A program made the translations under genes and the position numbers. DNA of 64,000 nucleotides from a virus: the IMG/VR virus record IMGVR_UViG_3300045421_000501, positions 32,001 through 96,000 of that record. One strand, given 5' to 3'. The notes beneath the pieces were generated by a model, which was not told where the DNA came from, did not search any database, and worked only from the letters and a program-made list of their open reading frames with translations. Shown here piece after piece: positions 29,325 through 37,714 of the stretch. The first letter of the stretch is position 1; every line of letters begins with the position of its first letter.

Positions 29325-29957
29325 AAGTTTTTTTCTGAGGGTGAAGATACTGTTTGGATTGATGGTTGTTATGTTCAAACTCAAGAATGGGTAAATTTAT
29401 CAAAAGAAATATTTAAAAAAAATAAATTTACTCATATTCGACATCCTCTAAAATTTAACTTTATTGAAGAAGCGATTGAGAAATATGTGGGATCTTTTAG
29501 TACTAGAGAAGACATACTCGAAATTTGTAATTTATTGAAAGAAAAAAATTATAATTTTTATAAGTATTCTAGTCCAATTTTATGCTGCATTTGGAGAACA
29601 ATCACCGAAGAAATGAATATTTTTCATGATACTTGGTGGGAATATTCTTTAATTGGACTAAATCGAGATCAAATTTCTTTTGATTATGCTAAACAAAAAC
29701 ATAATTTGAATTGGCAAATTATTGAAGACTGGCTTTCTGTGGGAGTGGATTGGTCTCGTGTAACTGGGAAATTGGCAAGAAAAAAAATACATCCGCAAAA
29801 AGGAGATCTTGAGCAATATTTAAGAAAAGAAGAAATGCTTTCTGAAATATCTAAAATAACAAAAATGCCTTGGAAATTATATTTGAAACATGATTTTTCT
29901 ATATCTATTTATAGATGGGTAACTAATCCAGAACTTCCGAGATCAACTTCGAAGTAG
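29130..29957 (+). CDS. DUF616-like putative glycosyltransferase
   Basis: IYSCITNGYD, WIDG, RHP, RDQISF. Confidence 0.7.
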   Translation: MIIYSCITNGYDEIPDHYYDPEVRYVMFHDGTIEKKGPWEFIDIRDYCDLECPKRLSSYPKINPHKFFSEGEDTVWIDGCYVQTQEWVNLSKEIFKKNKFTHIRHPLKFNFIEEAIEKYVGSFSTREDILEICNLLKEKNYNFYKYSSPILCCIWRTITEEMNIFHDTWWEYSLIGLNRDQISFDYAKQKHNLNWQIIEDWLSVGVDWSRVTGKLARKKIHPQKGDLEQYLRKEEMLSEISKITKMPWKLYLKHDFSISIYRWVTNPELPRSTSK

Positions 29958-29971
29958 AGTATTTATGCTTA

Positions 29972-30005
29972 TTGACATGTATTCCAAAATACATTATACT
30001 AAATA
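29972..30005 (+). promoter_or_regulatory. psbA sigma70 promoter with overlapping late-type CTAAATA
   Basis: TTGACA-N17-TATACT, continuing as CTAAATA. Confidence 0.75.
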
Positions 30006-30032
30006 TTGTTAAGAAATCAAAACATTTCTTAC

Positions 30033-30156
30033 TCACTCCCGCTAACCGAGACCTATGGGAGTCTAAATACGTCCCTTATACCTATGCAGGAGGGTTGCAT
30101 AGGAATACTTGTACCGTTCAGCACCTCCTGGACTAATTTACTACCCATTTAATTAA
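30033..30156 (+). ncRNA. PhotoRC-II-like structured psbA leader
   Basis: ACCGAGACCTAT core; stems ACTCCC/GGGAGT and CCTATGCA/TGCATAGG in the psbA 5' UTR. Confidence 0.6.
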
Positions 30157-32053
30157 ATGACTGCTACAATTGCTTTACAAAAACAATCTAATCCATGGAA
30201 TCAATTCTGCGATTGGATTACTTCTACCAATAACCGCCTTTATGTGGGTTGGTTTGGTACTCTGATGATTCCTACTCTTCTTGCAGCAACGATTTGTTTC
30301 ATCATCGCCTTCGTTGGCGCACCCCCGGTGGACATTGATGGTATTAGGGAACCAGTTGCTGGTTCTCTTATGTGGGGCAACAACATCATCTCTGGTGCTG
30401 TTGTTCCTTCTAGCAACGCAATCGGATTGCATCTATACAATATTTGGGATGCAGCAAGTCTTGATGAGTGGCTTTATAAATAATATTGGGTCACTTTAAA
30501 TCGGGTGAACTGCTGGAAAGCTAAGTTCTCTTATGAAACACAAACATCATCTTACTCCAAAATATCTTGGTGGGTCTGACGAACCACAAAATCTTGTAGA
30601 GGTTTCTCCAACACAACACGCTATGTTTCATTATTGCAACTGGCGTCTTTGGGAAAATAAAGAAGATATGATTGCTTGGAAAGCACTTGCAGGGTATTCT
30701 TCAAAAGAAGAAATAATCCAACAAGTTATTTCTCTTGCAGGTAAGAAGGGTGGTAAGGTTGCAAAAGAAAGCGGACAACTTCGTGCTGCTGCTCTTAAAC
30801 AACCTAAAAGTGTTAGGCAGAAAATTGGTAAAAACCTTATCAACTTTGCCTACAAAAATCCAAAAAATGCAACACAAGAAACTCTAACTAATAGAAAGTA
30901 TAAGAAAGTATTTCACATTTACGAAAAACTAACTGAACGGTCTATTGGTAAACATCTTGGAAATGTTGAGTTTAATCCAGAACAAGATAAAACACTTAAA
31001 ACTGTTTGTTCTATGATACTGGAAAAGTATGGGGTAAAAGTTTATCCTTCACATCTTAATAGTGTTGCTAACGGAAATAGACTTTTAACGAGTGGTATTT
31101 CTTGCAGTTGGGTTTTAGAGAATACGCCAATCAGCAGCCAAGCCACAGACGATACTTCTGTGGAAGGTTCAGAGACTAGTCGGTTCAACAAGCGTGTTGA
31201 GTAATACGACATTAGCGCCCGACACCTTATGAAGATAATAGGGTGAAGATATAGTCCAGTCCATATGGAAACATATGGTTCCCCCGACTGCTATAATGGG
31301 GGTCCTTATCAACTCGTCGTCTTCCACTTTCTTATCGGCATCTTCTGCTATATGGGTCGTGAGTGGGAACTATCTTACCGACTGGGTATGAGACCCTGGA
31401 TTTGTGTTGCTTACTCTGCACCTGTTGCTGCTGCTAGTGCGGTATTCCTTGTTTATCCTTTCGGTCAGGGTTCCTTCTCAGACGGTATGCCCCTGGGCAT
31501 CTCCGGCACCTTCAATTACATGTTGGTGTTCCAGGCTGAGCACAACATTTTGATGCACCCCTTCCACATGCTTGGTGTGGCTGGTGTGTTCGGCGGCAGC
31601 CTGTTCTCCGCCATGCACGGTTCACTGGTTACCTCTTCCTTAGTGCGTGAAACCACCGAGAGCGAGAGCCAGAACTACGGCTACAAGTTCGGTCAAGAGG
31701 AAGAAACTTATAACATTGTTGCTGCTCACGGTTATTTTGGAAGACTTATTTTCCAATATGCATCATTCAACAACTCTCGTTCACTTCACTTCTTCCTTGC
31801 TGCTTGGCCTGTAGTTGGCATCTGGTTCACTGCTTTAGGTGTTTCTACAATGGCTTTTAATCTCAATGGACTGAATTTTAATCAGAGTATTCTGGATAAT
31901 CAGGGTCATGTTATTAAAACTTGGGCAGATATTTTAAATTCTGCTGGACTTGGGCTCGAAGTAATGCACGAAAGAAACGCACATAATTTTCCTTTGGATC
32001 TAGCCGCAGCAGAGACAACTATGGTTGCCTTGACTGCTCCTGCCATCGGATAA
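30157..32053 (+). CDS. psbA: Photosystem II D1 protein; exons 30157-30473 and 31291-32053, 359 aa spliced
   Basis: Unmistakable D1 sequence; joining TGG CT|C TAT AAT GGG restores EWLYNGGPY and gives 1080 nt. Confidence 0.97.
30474..31290 (+). mobile_element. Group I self-splicing intron (817 nt) in psbA
   Basis: Exon ends in U paired with G of IGS GGTCACTT; P AACTGCTGGAAA, Q AATCAGCAG, R GTTCAGAGACTA, S AAGATATAGTCC; terminal G. Confidence 0.93.
30533..31204 (+). CDS. Intron-encoded HNH homing endonuclease
   Basis: [32 protein letters not shown]-terminal HNH motif. Confidence 0.85.
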   Translation: MKHKHHLTPKYLGGSDEPQNLVEVSPTQHAMFHYCNWRLWENKEDMIAWKALAGYSSKEEIIQQVISLAGKKGGKVAKESGQLRAAALKQPKSVRQKIGKNLINFAYKNPKNATQETLTNRKYKKVFHIYEKLTERSIGKHLGNVEFNPEQDKTLKTVCSMILEKYGVKVYPSHLNSVANGNRLLTSGISCSWVLENTPISSQATDDTSVEGSETSRFNKRVE

Positions 32054-32072
32054 TAACCACTCCAATAATGAG

Positions 32073-32102
32073 TAATACCACCCCCAAAAAGGGTGGTATT
32101 CT
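32073..32102 (+). terminator. Stem-loop/terminator after psbA
   Basis: AATACCACCC...GGGTGGTATT inverted repeat. Confidence 0.65.
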
Positions 32103-32110
32103 TATAAATA
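32103..32110 (+). promoter_or_regulatory. T4-type late promoter TATAAATA
   Basis: Exact consensus upstream of ATG 32133. Confidence 0.7.
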
Positions 32111-32132
32111 AATTATCTTTATATTAAGATAA

Positions 32133-32531
32133 ATGGGAAACTTATCTTGGTTTCTCTCATTTTGTCTTTCACTCACTCCCATTACAATTGAACCAATTGG
32201 TTCAGATTGTTTTCATAACCCCGAACTGATGGGTCAATACGAAGCAAAAACAGAGACTATCACACTTTGCGAAAATAACATCACACTTTCTAAATACTCA
32301 AAGGAAGAAGTAGTAAAACACGAACTCATACATTACATTTATCATAAGCATCAAATAGAATCAATCATTCCTGAACCACTCATCACTTGGTTGGTAAGAA
32401 AAAATATTCCTTCAGATCAAGTAATGTATGTAATTTTAAATGAAGATAAGTATTCTTCAAACGAAGAATTTTCAGCAAGATTACTACAGAAACTTCCTTC
32501 GTGGATAATTGGAATTGGTATTATTGTATAA
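32133..32531 (+). CDS. Putative HExxH zinc metallopeptidase-like protein
   Basis: VKHELIH motif, downstream EE, hydrophobic termini. Confidence 0.5.
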   Translation: MGNLSWFLSFCLSLTPITIEPIGSDCFHNPELMGQYEAKTETITLCENNITLSKYSKEEVVKHELIHYIYHKHQIESIIPEPLITWLVRKNIPSDQVMYVILNEDKYSSNEEFSARLLQKLPSWIIGIGIIV

Positions 32532-32575
32532 GAAATCTTGTCAAACAAAATCTTTTGTGTTATACTAGAAGTTCA

Positions 32576-32613
32576 ATAAAAATTCCTAAAATAAAAATTC
32601 CTAAAATAAAAAT
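32576..32613 (+). repeat. 15-bp tandem repeat ATAAAAATTCCTAAA (about 2.5 copies) in the glutaredoxin leader
   Basis: Directly visible. Confidence 0.85.
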
Positions 32614-32848
32614 GAATTCAATAGTTTATTCTAAAGATAATTGTCCTTATTGTGAAAAAATTAAACAAGTATTTGAATTGGCAAATATTGAATATCTAGA
32701 ATATAAATTGGATATAAATTTTAATAAGGAAGAATTTTATTCCGAATTTGGACAAGGATCAACTTTTCCTCAAATTATAATCAACAATATGCACATTGGC
32801 GGATGTACAGAAACAATAAAATATCTAATGGAAACCAAAGTAATTTAA
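32612..32848 (+). CDS. nrdC: Glutaredoxin
   Basis: CPYC, TFPQI, IGGC. Confidence 0.92.
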   Translation: MNSIVYSKDNCPYCEKIKQVFELANIEYLEYKLDINFNKEEFYSEFGQGSTFPQIIINNMHIGGCTETIKYLMETKVI

Positions 32849-32982
32849 AAATATCAATAAATAAAGGTGTTGAACTTTTACTCAGGAGGAAACCACCAAT
32901 AAAAGTTATAAACTTTGGTAGATGGTTTTTTCCAATTATCAATAAGGAATTTACCGTTTATTTGGAGATCAAAGATAGGTAA
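32803..32982 (+). CDS. Small hypothetical protein (not in ORF track; 59 aa)
   Basis: Open frame ...INKGVELLLRRK...EIKDR* overlapping the glutaredoxin end. Confidence 0.45.
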   Translation: MYRNNKISNGNQSNLKISINKGVELLLRRKPPIKVINFGRWFFPIINKEFTVYLEIKDR

Positions 32983-33000
32983 CTTCTAGGAGGAACGACA

Positions 33001-33216
33001 ATGTTAGCAGCGATAATTTGCTTATCAACATTATGTTGTCTGTTGACATTAGGATTAGGGATTGTAGTCGGATATCTTGCACGTCAATATGTTCATGACA
33101 CAACCCCACAATATTCTCATCCTGAAATGTATGATTTAAATGGAAATAAATTACCAGATGAAATAATTGCTTTTAGGTTTGAGGGATCTGAATACTTAGA
33201 TGAATTTGAAGAATAA
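33001..33216 (+). CDS. Conserved cyanophage membrane protein
   Basis: AGGAGG SD; TM helix; HPEMYD.NG..PDE..AFRFE. Confidence 0.7.
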   Translation: MLAAIICLSTLCCLLTLGLGIVVGYLARQYVHDTTPQYSHPEMYDLNGNKLPDEIIAFRFEGSEYLDEFEE

Positions 33217-33221
33217 CAATC

Positions 33222-33671
33222 ATGACAAAATTACCGAATAATCCCCTTGTTTTTGAAATTTTCAAAGCAGCTCATGGGGCTAAAACTGTTGAAAGAAAAT
33301 TAGAGATTCTCACAGAATATAAAGGGGATCATATTAAGGCATTATTTATTTGGAACTTCGATAAAGGAATTGAAAGTGCTCTCCCAAAAGGAGAAGTTCC
33401 TTATCGAAAAAATCAAGCACCAGCAAATACTCCATCTCATACACGACTTGAGCATGAATGGCACATTCTTTATAACTTTATAAGAGGTGGAAATGACTCT
33501 CTTTCTCAAATGAAGAAAGAGCAAATGTTTATTCAATTGTTAGAAGGTCTTCATGCAGAAGATGCAGAAATTCTTTTGCTTGTGAAGGATAAAGAATTGC
33601 AATCAAAGTATAGAATTACTCGAAATGTAGTTGAACAAGCTTATCCTGAAATTGTTTGGAGGGATAGATGA
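33222..33671 (+). CDS. Conserved T4-like hypothetical protein
   Basis: WNFD...LP.GEVPY; EQMFIQLLEGLH. Confidence 0.7.
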   Translation: MTKLPNNPLVFEIFKAAHGAKTVERKLEILTEYKGDHIKALFIWNFDKGIESALPKGEVPYRKNQAPANTPSHTRLEHEWHILYNFIRGGNDSLSQMKKEQMFIQLLEGLHAEDAEILLLVKDKELQSKYRITRNVVEQAYPEIVWRDR

Positions 33672-33976
33672 GTATATGGACAACCGAAGAAATTGCAAAT
33701 CTTAAAAAATATAGGATATCACTATTCAAAGAGTCTTGTAGTATAGAGGATTCTTTGAATCCAGATATGCCATATGATGTATATTTGGTGGTTTATCATT
33801 TTAATGATAGTGAATGTATGGATTTAGTTAGATGTGCAAAAACTGTCGATATATTTGATGCATACTATGATAAATTTGGAAAAGAATCTATCAAAAAAAT
33901 CAAACAGTCTGCAGGAAAAATAAATCCGAAATTATTTTCTACAAAACAAGAATCTAAATCTAAAAGTCGAAGTTGA
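33668..33976 (+). CDS. Conserved cyanophage hypothetical protein
   Basis: VDIFDAYYD, G.INPKL. Confidence 0.65.
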   Translation: MSIWTTEEIANLKKYRISLFKESCSIEDSLNPDMPYDVYLVVYHFNDSECMDLVRCAKTVDIFDAYYDKFGKESIKKIKQSAGKINPKLFSTKQESKSKSRS

Positions 33977-34001
33977 CATTTTTTGCAGTTTTTGCTATGA
34001 T
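33973..34001 (+). promoter_or_regulatory. Sigma70 promoter
   Basis: TTGACA-N17-TATGAT. Confidence 0.7.
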
Positions 34002-34023
34002 GTAACAAGGAAACAATCATATT

Positions 34024-34191
34024 ATGAACAAAGACAAACTTAAAGTTATTGTAAAAAATTTAGAAATATTAATCCAATCTCTAAAATCAGAAATTTATTC
34101 TGACGTTGATTTTTATAATCAAGATGTTCCTGAAAAAATATTCAATAGAGTTGTAGATTATGATGAAATATTCGAAGATGATGATGACTAA
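34024..34191 (+). CDS. Small conserved hypothetical protein (not in ORF track; 55 aa)
   Basis: MNKDKLKVIVKNLEILIQSLKSEIYSD...YDEIFEDDDD*. Confidence 0.7.
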   Translation: MNKDKLKVIVKNLEILIQSLKSEIYSDVDFYNQDVPEKIFNRVVDYDEIFEDDDD

Positions 34192-34379
34192 TGAGACTTA
34201 AAGAAACTATTCGACTTGTAAAAGAAGCACTTCAGAATCCTCATCTATATTCTGAAGCCGAGATTGCTTATATGAAAAAATCACTTGATATGGCACTTAT
34301 TGAACGTGCTCGTAAGCAATATAAAAATAAACAAAAGGGATTTGGAAATTATGAAGACCCAAATAGTCAGACCAATTAG
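34191..34379 (+). CDS. Hypothetical protein
   Basis: 'NPHLYSEAEIAYMKK...KGFG'. Confidence 0.6.
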   Translation: MRLKETIRLVKEALQNPHLYSEAEIAYMKKSLDMALIERARKQYKNKQKGFGNYEDPNSQTN

Positions 34380-35022
34380 TGTTACTCCAAATGCAGAGGA
34401 GCATATTGCATATTGTGCTCGTGTAAGTAATCCAAGTAATCAAACTAATAATTCTTTTGAGGGATTGTTAAAATATTGTATTCAACATCAGCACTGGAGT
34501 ATTTTTGAACACGCATTTATGACTGTTGAAATTAATACTTCATTAGCAATTGCCACACAGATTTTGCGTCATCGAAGTTTTACTTTCCAACAGTTTTCTC
34601 AAAGATATGCTGATGCAAATTTAATTACTGAAGAGATTCCAATTCCAGAACTTCGTCGTCAAGATACAAAAAATCGTCAAAATTCAATTGCTGATTTAGA
34701 CGAAGAAACAATTTTTGCAATGAATAAAATGATTCAAGATTTGTTTCGAGATGCTCAGGATGTTTATAGGTTTCTATTAGAGCAAGGTGTAGCAAAAGAA
34801 TGTGCTCGTTTTGTACTTCCACAGGCAACACAGACACGTCTTTATATGACAGGAAGTATTCGTAGTTGGATTCATTACATCGACCTTCGAAGTGCTCACG
34901 GAACTCAGGTAGAACATCAAAGAATTGCCGAGAAATGTAAGTGTGTATTTGTAGAAAAATTTCCAACGATTGCTTCTGCATTAAATTGGATTTGTATTGA
35001 GCCACCTTTTAATCTATTTTAG
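34351..35022 (+). CDS. thyX: Flavin-dependent thymidylate synthase
   Basis: HWSIFEH, RHRSFTFQQFSQRY. Confidence 0.95.
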   Translation: MKTQIVRPISVTPNAEEHIAYCARVSNPSNQTNNSFEGLLKYCIQHQHWSIFEHAFMTVEINTSLAIATQILRHRSFTFQQFSQRYADANLITEEIPIPELRRQDTKNRQNSIADLDEETIFAMNKMIQDLFRDAQDVYRFLLEQGVAKECARFVLPQATQTRLYMTGSIRSWIHYIDLRSAHGTQVEHQRIAEKCKCVFVEKFPTIASALNWICIEPPFNLF

Positions 35023-35066
35023 ATATGAAAGTCTTGTGAAATAAATAGCTAAGAATTGAAAACATT

Positions 35067-35318
35067 ATGCCTGATTATCCTATTGTAAATAAAATAACTG
35101 GTGAGAAAAAAGAAATAACAATGAGCATTTCTCAATATGAGAAATGGAGAAAAGAAAATCCAGACTGGGATAAAGACTGGTCTGCAGGTATAGCATCTTC
35201 AGTTAGTGCAGTTGGCGATTTTCAAAGTAAAACTGATGGTGGATGGAACGAAGTTCTACACAAAGTCAGTAAAGTTCCTGGTTCTGTAGTCAAACCCTAC
35301 AAAACGGTACATTTCTAA
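35067..35318 (+). CDS. Conserved cyanophage hypothetical protein
   Basis: MP.YP..N..TGE; GGWNEVL.KV.K.PGS. Confidence 0.7.
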   Translation: MPDYPIVNKITGEKKEITMSISQYEKWRKENPDWDKDWSAGIASSVSAVGDFQSKTDGGWNEVLHKVSKVPGSVVKPYKTVHF

Positions 35319-35319
35319 G

Positions 35320-36075
35320 ATGACGCAAAGGAAAAAAAGAACTCCTTCTCAAGTCGGTGCTGGTATGTCTGCAAAACAAATATCCAGAAAAAAACCATTT
35401 AATGTTGATATGATGGTCGATATTGAACCATTAACAGAGAATCAAAGAAAAGTTTTTAATTCCTATAAAGAAGATAAAAATTTGTTTATATATGGGTCAG
35501 CAGGAACAGGTAAGACATTCATTACTCTCTATCTGGCACTCAAAGAAGTTTTAAATCCTTTGACACCTTATAATCGAGTTGTGATTGTAAGATCTTTAGT
35601 TGCTACTAGAGAAATTGGATTTCTTCCTGGAGATCACGACGACAAATCAAGTCTTTATCAGATTCCATATAAGAATATGGTAAAGTATATGTTTGAGTTA
35701 CCTACAGACAATGATTTTGAAATGCTGTGGGGAAATCTCAAAACTCAAGAAAGTGTAAAATTTTGGTCTACAAGTTTCATTCGTGGAACAACACTAGATG
35801 ACTGCATCATTGTTGTGGATGAGTGTCAAAACTTGAATTTTCATGAATTAGATAGTATAATTACTAGAGTTGGTGAAAATTGTAAGATTCATTTTTGCGG
35901 TGATGCTTCGCAATCAGATCTAATTAAATCGAATGAGCGTAATGGAATTTTAGATTTCATGAAAATTATTCAAGCAATGCCTGAATTCGATTCAGTTGAA
36001 TTTGGGATACAAGATATCGTAAGATCTGGTCTTGTAAAAAGTTACATTCTTAATAAAATCGAATTGGGGTATTGA
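35320..36075 (+). CDS. phoH: PhoH-family ATPase
   Basis: GSAGTGKT, IGFLPG, RGTTLD, DECQN, GD..QSDL. Confidence 0.95.
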   Translation: MTQRKKRTPSQVGAGMSAKQISRKKPFNVDMMVDIEPLTENQRKVFNSYKEDKNLFIYGSAGTGKTFITLYLALKEVLNPLTPYNRVVIVRSLVATREIGFLPGDHDDKSSLYQIPYKNMVKYMFELPTDNDFEMLWGNLKTQESVKFWSTSFIRGTTLDDCIIVVDECQNLNFHELDSIITRVGENCKIHFCGDASQSDLIKSNERNGILDFMKIIQAMPEFDSVEFGIQDIVRSGLVKSYILNKIELGY

Positions 36076-36755
36076 TGTTTACACATGTTAAAATGGAGTT
36101 TCCCAAACTCAAAAGGGAAACGATTGATGGGGTAAGATATTATACGGTGAATGGAAAACCAATGGTTTCCATTACATCGGTGACTTCTCATTTTAATAAA
36201 GAAATATTTTCAAAATGGAGAAAAAGAGTAGGTGAAGAAGAAGCAAATCGTATAAGCAAACGTTCTACAGATCGTGGAACTAAAGTTCATACTTGCATTG
36301 AAAATTTTCTTTATAATAAAGAGATTCCTTCGACGGATCCTTTGCCAAAACAATTATTTCTTCAGGCAAAAAATGCTCTGAGTAATATCAATAACATTTA
36401 TGCACTCGAAGAAAGTCTTTATAGTGAATTTCTTGGAGTCGCTGGAACTGTTGATTGTATTGCAGAATATACTGGAGAAAATGGAATTCCTGAATTAGCA
36501 ATTATTGATTTCAAAACCGCAGAAAAACCAAAACCAGTAAACTGGATTGAAAATTATTTTGTTCAGGCAACTGCATATGGAGTCATGTTTCATGAAATGA
36601 TGAGCATTGATGTAAAAAAATTAGTCATACTGATGACTTGTGAGAATGGAGAAGTTGCAGTTTATGAAGAATATGATATTGAAAAATACTATAAACTTTT
36701 AGAAGATTACATTAACAAATTTATTGAGGATAAAATGAATGGCAACAAAATCTGA
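36075..36755 (+). CDS. PD-(D/E)XK exonuclease (RecB/Cas4-like)
   Basis: SITSVT, RGTKVH, AGTVDCIA, IIDFKT, QATAY. Confidence 0.85.
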   Translation: MFTHVKMEFPKLKRETIDGVRYYTVNGKPMVSITSVTSHFNKEIFSKWRKRVGEEEANRISKRSTDRGTKVHTCIENFLYNKEIPSTDPLPKQLFLQAKNALSNINNIYALEESLYSEFLGVAGTVDCIAEYTGENGIPELAIIDFKTAEKPKPVNWIENYFVQATAYGVMFHEMMSIDVKKLVILMTCENGEVAVYEEYDIEKYYKLLEDYINKFIEDKMNGNKI

Positions 36756-37005
36756 AATCAAAGAATTACTTAAACAAAAATTTCTTTGTCAGGATAAGTT
36801 TTCAAATGATATTGAAAATATAGTACAGCAAAATTCTGGAATGAACTATATTGAAGCAATTTGCCTTTATTGCGAGCAAAATAATATTGAGATAGAAACT
36901 ATTTCAAAACTAATTACAAAACCACTGAAAGAAAAATTAAAATGGAATGCAATAGATTTGAATTATCTGAAAAAAACATCTAGAGCTAAGTTGTCATTAT
37001 TTTAA
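36739..37005 (+). CDS. gp33: Late transcription co-activator
   Basis: YIEAI..YCE.N.IE....KLI.KPLKEKL...A..LNYL. Confidence 0.9.
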   Translation: MATKSEIKELLKQKFLCQDKFSNDIENIVQQNSGMNYIEAICLYCEQNNIEIETISKLITKPLKEKLKWNAIDLNYLKKTSRAKLSLF

Positions 37006-37015
37006 TCTAGATTTT

Positions 37016-37714
37016 ATGGAAAATTTTTGTGTAATTTGCTTAAAAATTGGTAATCATTATTCCTCCAATTATGTAAATAATCTTTATTCTAAGATTAGAA
37101 AATTTACGAACAGTGATTTTATTTGCTTCACAGATAATTCATATGGAATTGATGATGGTGTAATTTGTTATGAATTATTACCAAGACAATCTGAAGGATG
37201 GTGGCCAACTTGGAGTAAGATTGAAATTTTTGGAAGAAATGAGATAAAAAAATATTCAAAGAAAATATATTTTGATTTAGATTTAGTTATACAAGGGGAT
37301 ATTAATCCCATTTTAAATCATGATGCCGATTGGGCAGTAATAAAATCTGTTTGGAAAGGACTAAAATTTAAAAAACAATATCCGAAAGAACCATGGTATA
37401 ATACCAGCGTTATGGTTTGGAAAGATATTGAATGGATTTATGATAAATGGCAGTCTGATTGGGAAAATATTGTAAAAATTTGGATTGGAACTGATAAGTG
37501 GTATTATAATAATAAAATTATTCCCACATATTTACCTAAAGTTTTTTATTCATATCGTGAAGGATCTAAACCAATTCATTATTGGGAAAATAATTATCAA
37601 CCATATATGAAGTTTCAACCAGATTTTTCGGTATGTTTATTTCATCAGAAACCAGATATACATGAACTTGATCCTCAAGATCACATCGTAAAAATTTGGA
37701 ATGACACCCTTTGA
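37016..37714 (+). CDS. GT-A fold glycosyltransferase-like protein
   Basis: CLK.G..Y...YV..L, FICFTD, W.KI, YFDLD, NTSVM, FHQKP. Confidence 0.7.
   Translation: MENFCVICLKIGNHYSSNYVNNLYSKIRKFTNSDFICFTDNSYGIDDGVICYELLPRQSEGWWPTWSKIEIFGRNEIKKYSKKIYFDLDLVIQGDINPILNHDADWAVIKSVWKGLKFKKQYPKEPWYNTSVMVWKDIEWIYDKWQSDWENIVKIWIGTDKWYYNNKIIPTYLPKVFYSYREGSKPIHYWENNYQPYMKFQPDFSVCLFHQKPDIHELDPQDHIVKIWNDTL

Noticed and set aside
30157-30483. ORF track shows a truncated 108-aa psbA and a separate 31265-32053 ORF, suggesting a split or pseudogene
   Set aside because: Explained by a group I intron; splicing restores a full-length D1
32501-32611. N-terminal extension of glutaredoxin (IKIPKIKIPKIK)
   Set aside because: It is a 15-bp repeat in the leader downstream of a TTGTCA-N17-TATACT promoter; the likely start is ATG 32612
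36075-36755. Cas4-like nuclease suggesting a CRISPR system
   Set aside because: No repeat-spacer array or other cas genes seen; this is a standard cyanomyovirus exonuclease next to phoH
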